From an uncultured bacterium (lineage in GTDB: Bacteria > Oederibacteriota > PGYV01 > CAWJRG01): a DNA stretch of 64,000 bases. Shown one piece after another: positions 1 through 10,618 of the stretch. Position 1 is the first letter of the stretch; each line of letters begins with the position of its first letter. The notes below the pieces were generated by a model, which did no database searches, had not been told where the DNA came from, and saw only the letters and a list, made by a program, of their open reading frames with translations. A program made the position numbers and the translations under genes. The stretch spans positions 96,001 through 160,000 of the forward strand of contig CAWJRG010000001.1 in assembly GCA_963845185.1 (NCBI GenBank), in the 5' to 3' direction.

Positions 1-19
1 ACCACTGAGCTACGCCAGC
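1..19 (-). tRNA. 5' part of a tRNA truncated by the window edge (probably tRNA-Thr)
   Basis: Reverse complement GCTGGCGTAGCTCAGTGGT is an acceptor-stem 5' strand plus D-arm; anticodon lies outside the window. Confidence 0.7.
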
Positions 20-82
20 ATCCTTTATCTACTTTCAAATTTCTATTATCCACTCTCTGATTTTTGCCTTAGGCAAAAATTC

Positions 83-161
83 TGGTGGGCGCTACTGGGA
101 TCGAACCAGTGACCTCCTGCTTGTAAGGCAGGCGCTCTAACCAAAACTGAGCTAAGCGCCC
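83..161 (-). tRNA. tRNA-Val(TAC)
   Basis: GGGCGCTTAGCTCAG...CCTGCC TTACAA GCAGG...GGTTCGATCCC...GCGCCCACCA cloverleaf with encoded CCA. Confidence 0.97.
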
Positions 162-167
162 TGATGC

Positions 168-545
168 TTCATTATATATTTTTTGCCTTCGGCAAAAATA
201 TGGTGGGGAGAGAAGGATTTGGCTACTCCGCTGCTACCCGCAGCTGCGCAGCCCCTCCTCGTCCGCCTTCCGCTCGCTCCTGCTCGCTTTTCATCCACAG
301 GATGCGGCGGACTCGTTTCGAATCCTTTACTTCATTATATAATTTTTGCCTGTGGCAAAAATATGGTGGGGAGAGAAGGATTTGGCTACTCCGCTGCTAC
401 CCGCAGCTGCGCAGCCCCTCCTCGTCCGCCTTCCGCTCGCTCCTGCTCGCTTTTCATCTACAGGATGCGGCGGACTCGTTTCGAATCCTTTACTTCATTA
501 TATAATTTTTGCCTGTGGCAAAAATATGGTGGGGAGAGAAGGATT
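168..545 (-). repeat. tRNA-linked tandem repeat, 163-bp period, about 2.3 units, each ending in the 3' 19 nt of tRNA-Tyr
   Basis: tggtggggagagaaggatt at 201, 364 and 527; the two full units are nearly identical; a tttttgcc-N3-ggcaaaaa hairpin in each unit. Confidence 0.93.
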
Positions 546-613
546 CGAACCTTCGAAGGCGCAAGGCCGACAGATTTACAGTCTGTTCCATTTGACCGCT
601 CTGGTATCTCCCC
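527..613 (-). tRNA. tRNA-Tyr(GTA)
   Basis: GGGGAGATACCAGAGCGG...ACAGA CTGTAAA TCTGT, long variable arm, GGTTCGAATCC...CCCCACCA. Confidence 0.97.
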
Positions 614-618
614 GGTAG

Positions 619-1338
619 TTAATTTTTTCTTTTACTCGCTTCATAAAAAGCTATGGCTGCGGCGTTTGACACATTCAGAGAGCCTATTTTCCCTTTTTGC
701 CTTATTTTCACCAAAAAATCGCACTTGTTTTTCACTATATCCCTCATTCCCCTGCCCTCGCTGCCAAAAACAAGCGCCGACTTTTTGTCAAAACTGCTTT
801 CATCAAGGAATTTCTCTGCTGCGGCGTCAAAGCCGTATATCCAGAAACCCATATCCTTTAATTTTAAAAGAACATTTACTATATTGGTTGCCTGAATTAC
901 ATCGACGTATTCCATGGCGCCGCTTGACGCTTTATATACTGTTTCATTCAGCGGAGCTGCCCTTTTTGAGCCTTGAATTATACCACAAACGCCAAATATT
1001 TCGCAACTTCTTATTATTGCTCCCAGGTTGTGCGGGTCTTCCACCCCGTCAAGCACGCATATTAACGCTTCCTGCAAATCTTTAATCTTGCTTAAAAAAT
1101 CCTCAATTCCAAGCGGCCGTATACCTTCCACTTTTGCAGCTATGCCCTGGTTTTTTTCGGTCCCTGTTATGTTTTCAAGTCCGTGCCTGCTCTCAAAAAT
1201 CGTGCTTATGCCGCGCTGCTGTATTTCCATTAATATATCGTCAGCGCCCTTTAAATCCTTTATCATGTAAACCGTATGGATTTTTCTCTTATTGTTTTTT
1301 AATACTTCGCGTATTACATTGCGGCCGTAGATTATCAC
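619..1338 (-). CDS. rlmB: 23S rRNA (guanosine-2'-O)-methyltransferase RlmB
   Basis: IYGRN N-terminus, LDGVEDPHNLGAIIRS, GSEGRG and SLNVSNAA SpoU motifs; follows cysS. Confidence 0.93.
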   Translation of the reverse strand: MIIYGRNVIREVLKNNKRKIHTVYMIKDLKGADDILMEIQQRGISTIFESRHGLENITGTEKNQGIAAKVEGIRPLGIEDFLSKIKDLQEALICVLDGVEDPHNLGAIIRSCEIFGVCGIIQGSKRAAPLNETVYKASSGAMEYVDVIQATNIVNVLLKLKDMGFWIYGFDAAAEKFLDESSFDKKSALVFGSEGRGMRDIVKNKCDFLVKIRQKGKIGSLNVSNAAAIAFYEASKRKN

Positions 1339-1364
1339 GGATAACCCCTTTATAGAGCTTTATT

Positions 1365-2741
1365 TCATGCTTGCTTTATTACAAAAGTGCCGTTGCGCGT
1401 GTCCTCAACCGAATATCCTTTTGTTTTCAATTCATCCTTGACTTTGTCAGCCTCGTTGAATTTTTTTTCTTTCCTGAATCCGTTCCTTTTTTCTACAAGC
1501 GCGGCTATTTCCCCTGTCGGCTGCTTTATTTCCGGTTTTATCTTCAGGACACCGGTCATTTCATCCATGGCTTTTGCATGCGTTTCAAAGTCCAGCATTG
1601 ACCTTACGCCGGCAAAAGGCTTGTTTATATCTGTCTTGACAATGTTAGCCAGCTTGAAAATTACGGACAGTGCCACAGGAGTATTAAAATCATTGTCAAG
1701 CGCGTCTACCAACTCATTAACGCATCCGCTTTTTGTTTCTGTCTCCTGGCCGGTCTTTTTAATTTGCACCAATATCTGCATTGCCGCGCTTATTTCATTA
1801 TACCCGTTTCTGATCGCGTCGATATTTTCTTTGGTGAAATCAATCGGGCTCCTGTAATGCGCCGACAAAATAAACATCCTTATAACTTCTGCCGGGTATT
1901 CTTCCAGCAAGTCGCGGCAAAGCACAATGTTTCCGATGGATTTCGACATTTTCTCGCCGTTTATGTTCATGAATCCGTTATGCATCCAGTAATTTACGAA
2001 TTTTTTGCCGCTCGCGGCTTCGGACTGGGCTATCTCGTTTTCATGGTGTGGGAATATCAGGTCATTGCCTCCGCCGTGTATGTCAAATGTATCACCAAGG
2101 TTCTTTGAAGACATTACCGAACACTCGATATGCCAACCGGGCCTGCCTTTGCCCCACGGGCTTTCCCACTCTGGCTCTCCCGGCTTTGAAAATTTCCACA
2201 GCGCAAAATCAAGCGGGTTGTTCTTTTTCTCGTCAACTTCCACCCTGGCGCCTTCCTTGAGCTCGTCGATGTTTTTATGCGACAGTTTGCCGTAATCTTT
2301 AAATTTTTCTACGCTGAAATAAACGCCGTTTTTCGAAACATATGCATAGCCTTTGTCCATAAGTTCTTTTATTAAGCCAATCATACCTTTTATCTCTTCC
2401 GTAGCTTTCGGACTCACATCAGGCCTTTTTATTTTCAGCTTATCAATGTCTTCAAAGTAGGCATCCGTATATTTTTTCGCGACCGAATCCCACGCAATGC
2501 CTTCCTCGGCAGCTTTTTTTATTATCTTATCTTCTATGTCCGTAATATTCTGCACAAATTTAACCTTGTAGCCTTTGTATTTCAAGTAATTCCTGAAAGT
2601 GTCAAAAACAATAAAAGGCCTGGCATTGCCTATGTGAAAATAATTGTATGCCGTAGGCCCGCACACATACATATTTACTTCATTTTCTTTTATGGGTTTG
2701 AACTCTTCAACTTGCCTTGTAAGGGTGTTATATATCCTCAC
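1365..2741 (-). CDS. cysS: Cysteinyl-tRNA synthetase
   Basis: YVCGPTAY, HIGN, GRPGWHIECS, DLIFPHHENE, KMSKS. Confidence 0.98.
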   Translation of the reverse strand: MRIYNTLTRQVEEFKPIKENEVNMYVCGPTAYNYFHIGNARPFIVFDTFRNYLKYKGYKVKFVQNITDIEDKIIKKAAEEGIAWDSVAKKYTDAYFEDIDKLKIKRPDVSPKATEEIKGMIGLIKELMDKGYAYVSKNGVYFSVEKFKDYGKLSHKNIDELKEGARVEVDEKKNNPLDFALWKFSKPGEPEWESPWGKGRPGWHIECSVMSSKNLGDTFDIHGGGNDLIFPHHENEIAQSEAASGKKFVNYWMHNGFMNINGEKMSKSIGNIVLCRDLLEEYPAEVIRMFILSAHYRSPIDFTKENIDAIRNGYNEISAAMQILVQIKKTGQETETKSGCVNELVDALDNDFNTPVALSVIFKLANIVKTDINKPFAGVRSMLDFETHAKAMDEMTGVLKIKPEIKQPTGEIAALVEKRNGFRKEKKFNEADKVKDELKTKGYSVEDTRNGTFVIKQA

Positions 2742-2790
2742 ATTTTCCGCCTTTATAAATTATGATTGTGCAATGGTATATATGTTCTCG

Positions 2791-3267
2791 TTATTTTTCC
2801 ATCAGCGTCGCCACAGCATGCGCTGCCACGCCCTCTTTCGCGCCTGTAAAGCCCAGCCCTTCTTCGGTTGTGGCTTTAATAGCCACCTGTTTCACAGTGA
2901 TTCCCAGGGTTTCGGCAAGCGTCTGCCTTATTTTATCTATATAAGGCGCGATCCTCGGGTATTCTGCCACGACTATGGCGTCTATATTGTTTATCTCATA
3001 TCCTTCTTTTTTTATAATATCGTTTGTTTGCTTCAGCAGTATGGTGCTTTTTATTCCCTTAAACCTCTCGTCGTTGTTCGGGAAATAATTGCCAATGTCT
3101 TTCAGCCCTGCCGCACCAAGCATTGCATCCATTATGGCATGAATGAGTACATCCGCGTCCGAATGTCCTTCAAGCCCGAATTCTGCTTTTTCAAACTCAA
3201 TCCCTCCCAGAAAAAGTTTCCTGCCCCTTGCCAGCTTATGGACGTCGTAACCTATGCCGACTCTCAT
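2791..3267 (-). CDS. ispF: 2-C-methyl-D-erythritol 2,4-cyclodiphosphate synthase
   Basis: GIGYDVH, GHSDADVLIHA, KATTEEGLGF. Confidence 0.97.
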   Translation of the reverse strand: MRVGIGYDVHKLARGRKLFLGGIEFEKAEFGLEGHSDADVLIHAIMDAMLGAAGLKDIGNYFPNNDERFKGIKSTILLKQTNDIIKKEGYEINNIDAIVVAEYPRIAPYIDKIRQTLAETLGITVKQVAIKATTEEGLGFTGAKEGVAAHAVATLMEK

Positions 3268-3319
3268 TTTGTTTAATCCTCCGGATATTTAATTGTGGTA
3301 AACTTTATTTAAAATGGTT

Positions 3320-4003
3320 TTACTTTTCCAGCATGTATTTCAGTATCTTCAGGTCCTGCTCGGTTGTTATTTTCAGGTTAAAACTGTCGTCCTCAAGCGC
3401 CTTTACGCGGTAACCAGCCCTTTCAAAAAGCACGCCCTCGTCAGTTGGCTTTGTCTTGTCAAGCCTTATCCTGTTGTACAGCTTTAAAAGTATTTTATAC
3501 CTGAAACCCTGCGGTGTCTGCGAAGTCCTCAAAAACTCCCTGTCAACGGTCTTTTCTACATAATTCGTACCTATCATTTTAACAGTGGCGAATATTCTTT
3601 TTACCGGTATGACTGCAGTTTCTTTGTTGAGCTCTTTTAAAATTTTCGATACAAGCGACTGGTCAATCAATGGCCTTGCACCGTCGTGTATCAGCACGTT
3701 CACCGGGTTGATTTTTCTCAGGTATTTAACTGCGTTATAAACCGAGGTGAACCTTTCTTTCCCGCCCACGATAACTGCCAGTACCTTGTCAAGCCCGTAT
3801 TTTTTGACTATTTTATCCTCAACAAAGTTCCTGTATTTATCCTCAACGACCACAAGTACGGCGTCTATACCTGCGATTTCCTCAAAACCTTCTATGGCGT
3901 GGGCAAGCATTTCCTTTCCCGCTACTTTTATATATTGCTTAGGGATTTTTGTGCCGAGCCTTTTTCCCTTTCCTGCCGCGACTATTATCGCCACGTTTTT
4001 CAT
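3320..4003 (-). CDS. ispD: 2-C-methyl-D-erythritol 4-phosphate cytidylyltransferase
   Basis: AAGKGKRLG..PKQY, GGKER, HDGARP, QTPQGF, NLKITT. Confidence 0.96.
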   Translation of the reverse strand: MKNVAIIVAAGKGKRLGTKIPKQYIKVAGKEMLAHAIEGFEEIAGIDAVLVVVEDKYRNFVEDKIVKKYGLDKVLAVIVGGKERFTSVYNAVKYLRKINPVNVLIHDGARPLIDQSLVSKILKELNKETAVIPVKRIFATVKMIGTNYVEKTVDREFLRTSQTPQGFRYKILLKLYNRIRLDKTKPTDEGVLFERAGYRVKALEDDSFNLKITTEQDLKILKYMLEK

Positions 4004-4047
4004 GTTTGCTTTGCTTTCTCCTTTTCAATATTTTCCTTGGCATGCCA

Positions 4048-4086
4048 TAAAAGGAGAGGGCTGCTGCTAGTTTGCCGCCCTCTCCG
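4048..4086 (-). terminator. Intrinsic terminator-like hairpin between yacL-like gene and ispD
   Basis: Minus strand GGAGAGGGC...GCCCTCTCC followed by TTTT. Confidence 0.6.
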
Positions 4087-4147
4087 TAATCTGGCGTTTA
4101 TCCTGCGTATTTCCGGTATGGGTTCACACCGAAACTTTTCAAATTCA

Positions 4148-4960
4148 TCAATGGTTGTGCCTGTGATTTTGGTTGTGGTTTTGCCCCTGGTTTTGGTTTT
4201 GGCCCTGGCCTTCAAATTTAGCAAAAATCATCCTGCCCGCCTCGGTCTGCAGGACATTTGTCACAACAACCTCTATCCTTTTATTAAGCATTTTCCTGCC
4301 GTTATCGACAACTATCATGGTACCGTCGCTCAAATAGGCCACGCCCTGCTCCCTTTCTTTGCCCTCCTTCATTACCTTTACATAAATTTTCTCTCCGGGC
4401 AAAAATATAGGCTTTATCGCGTTTGAAAGGTCGTTGATGTTTAAAACTTCCACGCCCTGGATTTCCGCGATTTTATTAAGGTTGTAGTCGTTTGTTATAA
4501 CCTTCCACTTAAACTCCTTTGCCATGAGCACGAGCTTCTCGTCAACCTGCCTTGTGGACGTATAATCCTTGTCAGTTATCACTATGTTGACATACTTGCA
4601 TTTCTTTAAATTATTCAGCACGTCCAGCCCTCTCCTGCCCTTTGTCCTTTTCATTGGCTCGGGCGAGTCAGCTATGTGCTGAAGCTCCAGCAGGACGAAT
4701 TTCGGCACCATCATGTTTCCTTCCAGAAAGCCGCTCTCGCAAAGGTCTGATATCCTGCCGTCAATAATTACCGACGTATCCAGGATCTTTGCGACAATTT
4801 CTGTACCATGTTTTTTCTTTCTATCAATAATAATTTCAATTATTATTAATATTAAAAATGCGGCTGCTGTGGATATGCCTACCCAAAGCGATTTTGGCAA
4901 AATGCCGAATCCCGCCACGCTTCCTATAATAAAATATAAAGCGTATAAAATGTATTTCAT
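4148..4960 (-). CDS. PIN/TRAM domain membrane protein (YacL-like)
   Basis: N-terminal TM segments, [45 protein letters not shown]; radA-yacL-ispD context. Confidence 0.93.
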   Translation of the reverse strand: MKYILYALYFIIGSVAGFGILPKSLWVGISTAAAFLILIIIEIIIDRKKKHGTEIVAKILDTSVIIDGRISDLCESGFLEGNMMVPKFVLLELQHIADSPEPMKRTKGRRGLDVLNNLKKCKYVNIVITDKDYTSTRQVDEKLVLMAKEFKWKVITNDYNLNKIAEIQGVEVLNINDLSNAIKPIFLPGEKIYVKVMKEGKEREQGVAYLSDGTMIVVDNGRKMLNKRIEVVVTNVLQTEAGRMIFAKFEGQGQNQNQGQNHNQNHRHNH

Positions 4961-4995
4961 TGTTTTTCACCTCCTTCCTTTATGGATTTAAACAC

Positions 4996-6357
4996 CTATA
5001 ATTCCTCCGTATCTTTTATTGAGCTGAATAAGTCTCCGATATTTTTCACTTTAATTATTTCTATCGCGCCCGGGACTGTTTTTGACCTGTCCGGGATTAT
5101 TGCCTGCTTAAAACCGAGCCTTTCCGCCTCCTGCACCCTCTGCTCTATAAATCTCACCGGCCTTATCTCGCCGTCAAGCCCAAGCTCGCCTATATACACG
5201 CTTTTTGTCGAAAGCGGCTTGTTTTTAAAACTGGAGTAAATTGCGGCCGCTACTCCCACGTCCGCCGCTGTTTCAGATACCCTTATGCCGCCTGCCACGT
5301 TGATAAAAACATCCTGGTTTTCAAGGTGCATGTTCAGCTTTTTTTCGATTATGGCGAGTATCAAAAGGAGCCTGTTGTAATCAATCCCGGTGACTGTCCT
5401 CTGCGGGTTGCCGAAGTTCCTCCGCGACGTAAGCGCCTGGATTTCAAGGAGTATCGGCCTTGATCCTTCCATTACGGTCACTATGCTGCTGCCTACTTTG
5501 TCGTCCTTTATGTTATCAAGCAGTATTTTTGACGGGCTTTTTATTTCGGTTATCCCTGCGGCGTCCATCTCAAAAACTCCGATTTCGTTTGTGGAGCCGA
5601 AGCGGTTTTTTTCGGCGCGTAATATCCTGAAATGGTAGTATTTCTCGGCTTCAAAATACATGACTGCGTCTACCATATGCTCGAGTGTTTTTGGCCCGGC
5701 AATCATGCCTTCTTTTGTGACATGGCCGATTATTATTATTGGTATGCCTGACTTTTTTGCAGTGTATAAAAGGTGGGCTCCGCTTTCCTTCACCTGCAGA
5801 AAACTGCCGGCTATGGAATCAACTTCTTCCTTGTATACGGTTTGTATGGAATCTATTACTGCCACAGCGGGTTTTTCTTTCTCTATTATTTTTGTTATTT
5901 TTTCCACGGATGTCTCTATTACGAGGAATAAATTATTTGAATTTATTTTTATCCTGGATGCCCGCATCTTTATCTGTTCATTTGATTCTTCGCCTGACGC
6001 ATAAATGACTTTTTTGCCCTGTTCCGCTATTTTCTGCGCTATTATGAGGGCCAGGGTTGACTTTCCTATGCCAGGCTCGCCTCCTATCAGAGTAACTGAG
6101 CCTTTCACTATCCCACCGCCGAATACACGGTCTATTTCCTCCAGGCCGGTCTTCAGCCTTTCATCCTTTCCAGTCTCTATATCTGCCAATGAACTCATTT
6201 TTGTATCGTCAAATTTCCTGTAGGAATCGTCTTTTTTTCTCTCGACCTGCTCTTCTTCCACGAAAGTATTCCACTGGCTGCATGACGGGCACTGGCCGAG
6301 CCATTTTGACGAGCTGTAACCGCAGTTACTGCAAAAAAATACTGTCTTTTTCTTCAT
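4996..6357 (-). CDS. radA: DNA repair protein RadA/Sms
   Basis: CSNC..CPSC zinc finger, GEPGIGKST Walker A, KNRFG; ATG at 6357 chosen. Confidence 0.97.
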   Translation of the reverse strand: MKKKTVFFCSNCGYSSSKWLGQCPSCSQWNTFVEEEQVERKKDDSYRKFDDTKMSSLADIETGKDERLKTGLEEIDRVFGGGIVKGSVTLIGGEPGIGKSTLALIIAQKIAEQGKKVIYASGEESNEQIKMRASRIKINSNNLFLVIETSVEKITKIIEKEKPAVAVIDSIQTVYKEEVDSIAGSFLQVKESGAHLLYTAKKSGIPIIIIGHVTKEGMIAGPKTLEHMVDAVMYFEAEKYYHFRILRAEKNRFGSTNEIGVFEMDAAGITEIKSPSKILLDNIKDDKVGSSIVTVMEGSRPILLEIQALTSRRNFGNPQRTVTGIDYNRLLLILAIIEKKLNMHLENQDVFINVAGGIRVSETAADVGVAAAIYSSFKNKPLSTKSVYIGELGLDGEIRPVRFIEQRVQEAERLGFKQAIIPDRSKTVPGAIEIIKVKNIGDLFSSIKDTEEL

Positions 6358-6416
6358 TAATTTTATAAGTCCTTTCGCTGCGGTGATTCCTTCAACGAAC
6401 ACCGCTTTACGTCTAA

Positions 6417-8336
6417 TTATATATTAATATCTTTATCCTTTATTTTTTTAAGGAGCATATCAAGGAAGGCAGCGGGATTTACTCCCTTTTCCTCTTCCCC
6501 TGACCTTTTTCTCACGGACAGAGTCCCTGCCTCGACTTCCTTTTCGCCTATTATAAACATATATGGTATTTTCTGTAAAGTGGCATTTCTTATTTTTGCC
6601 CCGATTTTTTCATTGTCATTGTTAAATTCAACCCTTATGCCTGCCTCTTTATATTTGTCATAGATTCCCTTCGCGTATTGTTCCACTTTTTCATTTATGG
6701 TGAGTATGCTCACCTGTTTTGGCGAGAGCCACACAGGGAAAGCGCCTTTGTAATGTTCGATTAAAACCCCGAAAAACCGCTCAAAAGAGCCGAGCAATGC
6801 CCTGTGTATCATAACTGTCCTGTGTTCTTTGCCATCGCTGCCAGTATACATCAGGTCAAACCTCTCGGGCAAATTAAAGTCCACCTGTATGGTTGAGCAC
6901 TGCCATGTCCTGTTCAATGCGTCTTTTATCTTTATGTCGATTTTGGGGCCATAAAAAACTCCTTCGCCTGGGTCTATCTGAAAGCTAAGTTTAGTCTTTT
7001 CAAGCGCGGATTTAAGCGCATTTTCGGCCTTTTCCCACATTTTTAACTCCCCAACCGAGTTTTCCGGCCTTGTGCTCAAATATACCTCATACCTGTCAAA
7101 ACCAAAAACCTTGAGCACATAAGTGACGAAATCTATCAGGCCCACTAGCTCGTCTTCAAGCTGGTCCTCCCTTAAAAATATATGCGCGTCATCCTGCGTA
7201 AACCCCCTGACTCTCATGAGCCCGTGGAGCACCCCTGATTTTTCATATCTGTATACTGTGCCGAGCTCGCACCAGCGCAAAGGCAGGTCCCTATAGCTTT
7301 TCATGCTGTTTTTGTAAATCTGAATATGAAATGGGCAGTTCATCGGCTTTAACTGGTATTCAACATCGTCCATTTGCATTGTCGGGTACATGTTTTCTTT
7401 GTAAAACCCCGTATGTCCCGAAGTGTGCCATAAATCAATTTTTGCCACATGGGGCGTATAAAGTATATCGTAATCCCTTTTTAAATGTTCGTTTCTCCAA
7501 AAATCCTCAATTTCTTTTCTTATTATGCCACCTTTTGGATGCCAGTATATGAGCCCGGGCCCGAATTCCTCGTGCGTGGAGAATAAATCTAGTTCTTTGC
7601 CCAGCTTCCTGTGGTCTCGCTGTTTTGCTTCCTCAATCCTGAAAAGGTATTCTTCCAGCATTTTCTTGTCCGGGAATGATATTCCGTAAATCCTTTGTAG
7701 CATTTTGTTCTTTTCACTACCGCGCCAGTATGCCCCTGCGACTTTTAAAAGCTTGAAGCTTTTTATTTTTCCGCTGGACTTTACGTGCGGCCCGCGGCAG
7801 AGGTCCGTAAATTTATCCACCGTGTAAAGGCTTACAATATCATCCTTTATTTCGTTTATGATTTCCACTTTGTAATTTTCCTTCATGTCAGAGAACATTC
7901 CTACAGCCTCTTTTTTCGAAATTTCCCGCCTGGAAAAATCATGGTTTTCCTTTACAATTTTTTGCATTTCTTCCTCTATTTTTGCTAGTTCGTCTTCTGT
8001 AAAAGGCCTGTCCCTGTCAAAATCGTAGTAAAACCCCTCCTCTATCGCAGGGCCTATGGTTACTTTCACGTCCGAGTAAAGCCTTTTCACCGCTGCCGCC
8101 ATTATATGAGAAGTGCTGTGCCAAAAAATTTCTTTTCCTTCAGGCATGTCGAACGAAACAGGCTCCAGTTTCCCAGCCTCTTTTATTCTGGAATACAGGT
8201 CTACCAGTTTGCCGTTTGACCTTACCGCTATGATATTGGAAAAATCCTCATTTATTCCCTTTAAAAAATCAAATATTGACTGTCCGACCTCTGTTTCATA
8301 ACTTTTATCCTTGTATTCAATCTTCAACTTGCTCAT
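6417..8336 (-). CDS. thrS: Threonyl-tRNA synthetase
   Basis: TGS domain, HSTSH, DLCRGPH, RDHRKLG, KPMNCP, FYGPKID. Confidence 0.98.
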   Translation of the reverse strand: MSKLKIEYKDKSYETEVGQSIFDFLKGINEDFSNIIAVRSNGKLVDLYSRIKEAGKLEPVSFDMPEGKEIFWHSTSHIMAAAVKRLYSDVKVTIGPAIEEGFYYDFDRDRPFTEDELAKIEEEMQKIVKENHDFSRREISKKEAVGMFSDMKENYKVEIINEIKDDIVSLYTVDKFTDLCRGPHVKSSGKIKSFKLLKVAGAYWRGSEKNKMLQRIYGISFPDKKMLEEYLFRIEEAKQRDHRKLGKELDLFSTHEEFGPGLIYWHPKGGIIRKEIEDFWRNEHLKRDYDILYTPHVAKIDLWHTSGHTGFYKENMYPTMQMDDVEYQLKPMNCPFHIQIYKNSMKSYRDLPLRWCELGTVYRYEKSGVLHGLMRVRGFTQDDAHIFLREDQLEDELVGLIDFVTYVLKVFGFDRYEVYLSTRPENSVGELKMWEKAENALKSALEKTKLSFQIDPGEGVFYGPKIDIKIKDALNRTWQCSTIQVDFNLPERFDLMYTGSDGKEHRTVMIHRALLGSFERFFGVLIEHYKGAFPVWLSPKQVSILTINEKVEQYAKGIYDKYKEAGIRVEFNNDNEKIGAKIRNATLQKIPYMFIIGEKEVEAGTLSVRKRSGEEEKGVNPAAFLDMLLKKIKDKDINI

Positions 8337-8371
8337 GACAATATGCCTCCTGTATCAATCCCTAAAAATAA

Positions 8372-8995
8372 TTATTGCTTGTTCGTTAAGAAAAACGTCA
8401 GTTGCTCCATCTCAAGCCCAAGGTCAACGTTCCTTATAATAATATTTGCCTCGTCCATCAGGTGCTTCCCTGCAAAGTTCAAAATGCCTTTTATGCCTGT
8501 ATTTTTAAGCCTTTCCATGACCGTTGCAAGCGAGTCTTTTGGGGTTGTAATTATTACTATTTCAATTTTTTCCTTTTTTATTATTTTCTCTATGTCCTGG
8601 AAATCGTAAATCTTGACATCGTCTATTTCCCATCCTATTTTATCCTGGGCCGTGTCGAATCCGGCCACTACTTTAAATCCTCTTTCCTGAAACCCTTTAT
8701 ACATTGCCAGCGCACTGCCTAGTTTCCCGACTCCTACGACGCCCACCCTCCATTGTTTATGCGTTCCAAGTATTCTTGATATATGCTCTTTCAACTGTGT
8801 CACATGATATCCAACGCCCCTACGCCCGAACTGACCGAAATACGCCAGGTCTTTTCTCACCTGCGCAGCGTTTATGCCTATGCATTTTGCAACTTCCTCA
8901 GAAGACGCATATTCGACGTCCTGGCCGGTGAGTTCGGAAAAACATTTCAAATACAGCGAAAGCCTGTTGACTGTGGACGGCGGTGTTTTTTTCAT
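8372..8995 (-). CDS. rex: Redox-sensing transcriptional repressor Rex
   Basis: RLSLY, QVRKDLAYFGQFGRRGVGY, GVGKLG Rossmann motif, GILNFA. Confidence 0.96.
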   Translation of the reverse strand: MKKTPPSTVNRLSLYLKCFSELTGQDVEYASSEEVAKCIGINAAQVRKDLAYFGQFGRRGVGYHVTQLKEHISRILGTHKQWRVGVVGVGKLGSALAMYKGFQERGFKVVAGFDTAQDKIGWEIDDVKIYDFQDIEKIIKKEKIEIVIITTPKDSLATVMERLKNTGIKGILNFAGKHLMDEANIIIRNVDLGLEMEQLTFFLTNKQ

Positions 8996-8996
8996 A

Positions 8997-10617
8997 TTAC
9001 TGTCCTTGTTTTTCTTCCTGTTTTTCCACGTCGCCGAAATTCACTATATCATTCATTGTTATTTTATGTTCGTGGGTTTTAATGTAATTATCAACTTCCT
9101 TTTTTTCTTCAAGACTTTCAAGCTCTTTTGAACTCAGGTAAACCTTTTTCTGGTCTTTGTCAATTTTGTTTATTTTTGCCTTGATAATGTCGCCTTTTTT
9201 ATAAGGAATTTTATTCTTGTTTTTTATCGGCAGCCTTCCGTTTACACCTTCGACTATCTGGCACAGGATTGCCGCGTCGTCAATCTCAAGGATTTTTACG
9301 TCTATGAAACTCCCTTCCTTGTATTTGTGCATAAAACTGTCCCATGGCGATGCTTCCATCTGTTTTAGGCCAAGCAGTATCCTGTATTTTGCCTTGTCAA
9401 TGCCCAATACCCTGAATTCCCTTTTGTCACCGATTTTTAAAACATCCGCTATTTTGCTAAAAGAAAACCACGATATATTTGAAATATGCGCGAAAGCATC
9501 GGCATTTTCCTCTATCTCGACATCAACGCCTTCGCCTTCCCTTATTTCCTTGACCGTGCCCACGAGCCATGCATTCACCGGATATTCTCTCTTCCATGTT
9601 TGCCCACGGATTCTTCTCGGTCCTTTTCACGCTCAAATATATTTTGCTTTCCTGCTCGTCTATTTTTACTATGACTACTCCAACCTCGTCTCCGGCCTTG
9701 TAAAAATCCCCAATATTATTTATCCTGCGCAAATAAGACAGTTCTGATATATGGACAAACCCGTCAAGGTCCGGAGAAAGTTCGACAAGCAGGCCTTCGT
9801 TTAAAATTTCTTTTATTTTCACTTTTATTTTATCCCCGGGCTTCTTGTCCTTAATAAAATTTACAAACGGGTTTTCCGTGAGTTTCTTCATGCTGAGCAG
9901 TATTCTATCCCTTTCGTTGCCGATAACGAGCACGTCAACCACGTCTCCGGCCTTAAATTTTTCCCCCAGGTTGTGTATCCTTGCCCATGATATTTCATGG
10001 GTTGGTATAAAACATTTAATGCCTTCTTTTTCAGCCTCAAGCCCGTTGTCCTTTACCTCGGTTATTGTAAGCTGTATTTTTTCGCCCGTAGGGAAAAGTT
10101 TTTTTACTTTCCCTTCTTCCGCCTGCTGTTTCGCAGCCATGTACTCTTTATAAGACACAACTACGTTCCTTCTTTCCTCGTCTATCTGTATAACTTTCAA
10201 AGGCAGCACCTTGCCTATTGCATCTCCCTCATACGATTTCGAATGTGATATGGGTAAAAAAGCGGTAACATTTGCGCCAAAGTCCACGATATATCCGCCC
10301 TTTATGGCTTTTATTACCTTGCCGTCTATTGAACCGCTTTCTTTATAGGCTTTCCTGATATTGTTGAATATGATTTTTTTATCTACTATTATTTTTGAAA
10401 GCAGCACATTGCCTTCGTCGCCGTCTATTTTCTTGATATATACTTCTATTTCGTCGCCTTCCTTAAGCGCGTCAAAATAAGTATATTTAATTGTCTCGTC
10501 CTTCGGTATTATGCCTTCAGACTTATAATTGATATCGACAAAAACGTCTCCGTCGGATTTCCTTACTACCCTGCCTTTTATGACCGTTCCTTCTTTTATT
10601 CCATTAAAATCTTCCAT
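8997..10617 (-). CDS. rpsA: 30S ribosomal protein S1, split by a +1 frameshift near 9585 (ORFs 9523..10617 and 8997..9578)
   Basis: Tandem S1 domains (VDINYKSEG, AFLPISH, GFVHISELS, AFAHISNISW); removing one A gives NPWANMEERYPVNAW, joining both ORFs. Confidence 0.88.
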
Positions 10618-10618
10618 T

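Noticed and set aside
168..545. Possible CRISPR array
   Set aside because: The intervening sequences are near-identical rather than unique spacers, the period is 163 bp, the repeat is a tRNA 3' end, and no cas genes are in the window
164..1085. + strand ORFs over the tRNA repeat region and rlmB
   Set aside because: Antisense to tRNA-Tyr and rlmB; their internal repeats simply reflect the 163-bp DNA repeat
4000..4224. 74-aa ORF overlapping the yacL end
   Set aside because: Alternate frame of the low-complexity tail running through a terminator-like hairpin; no recognisable motif
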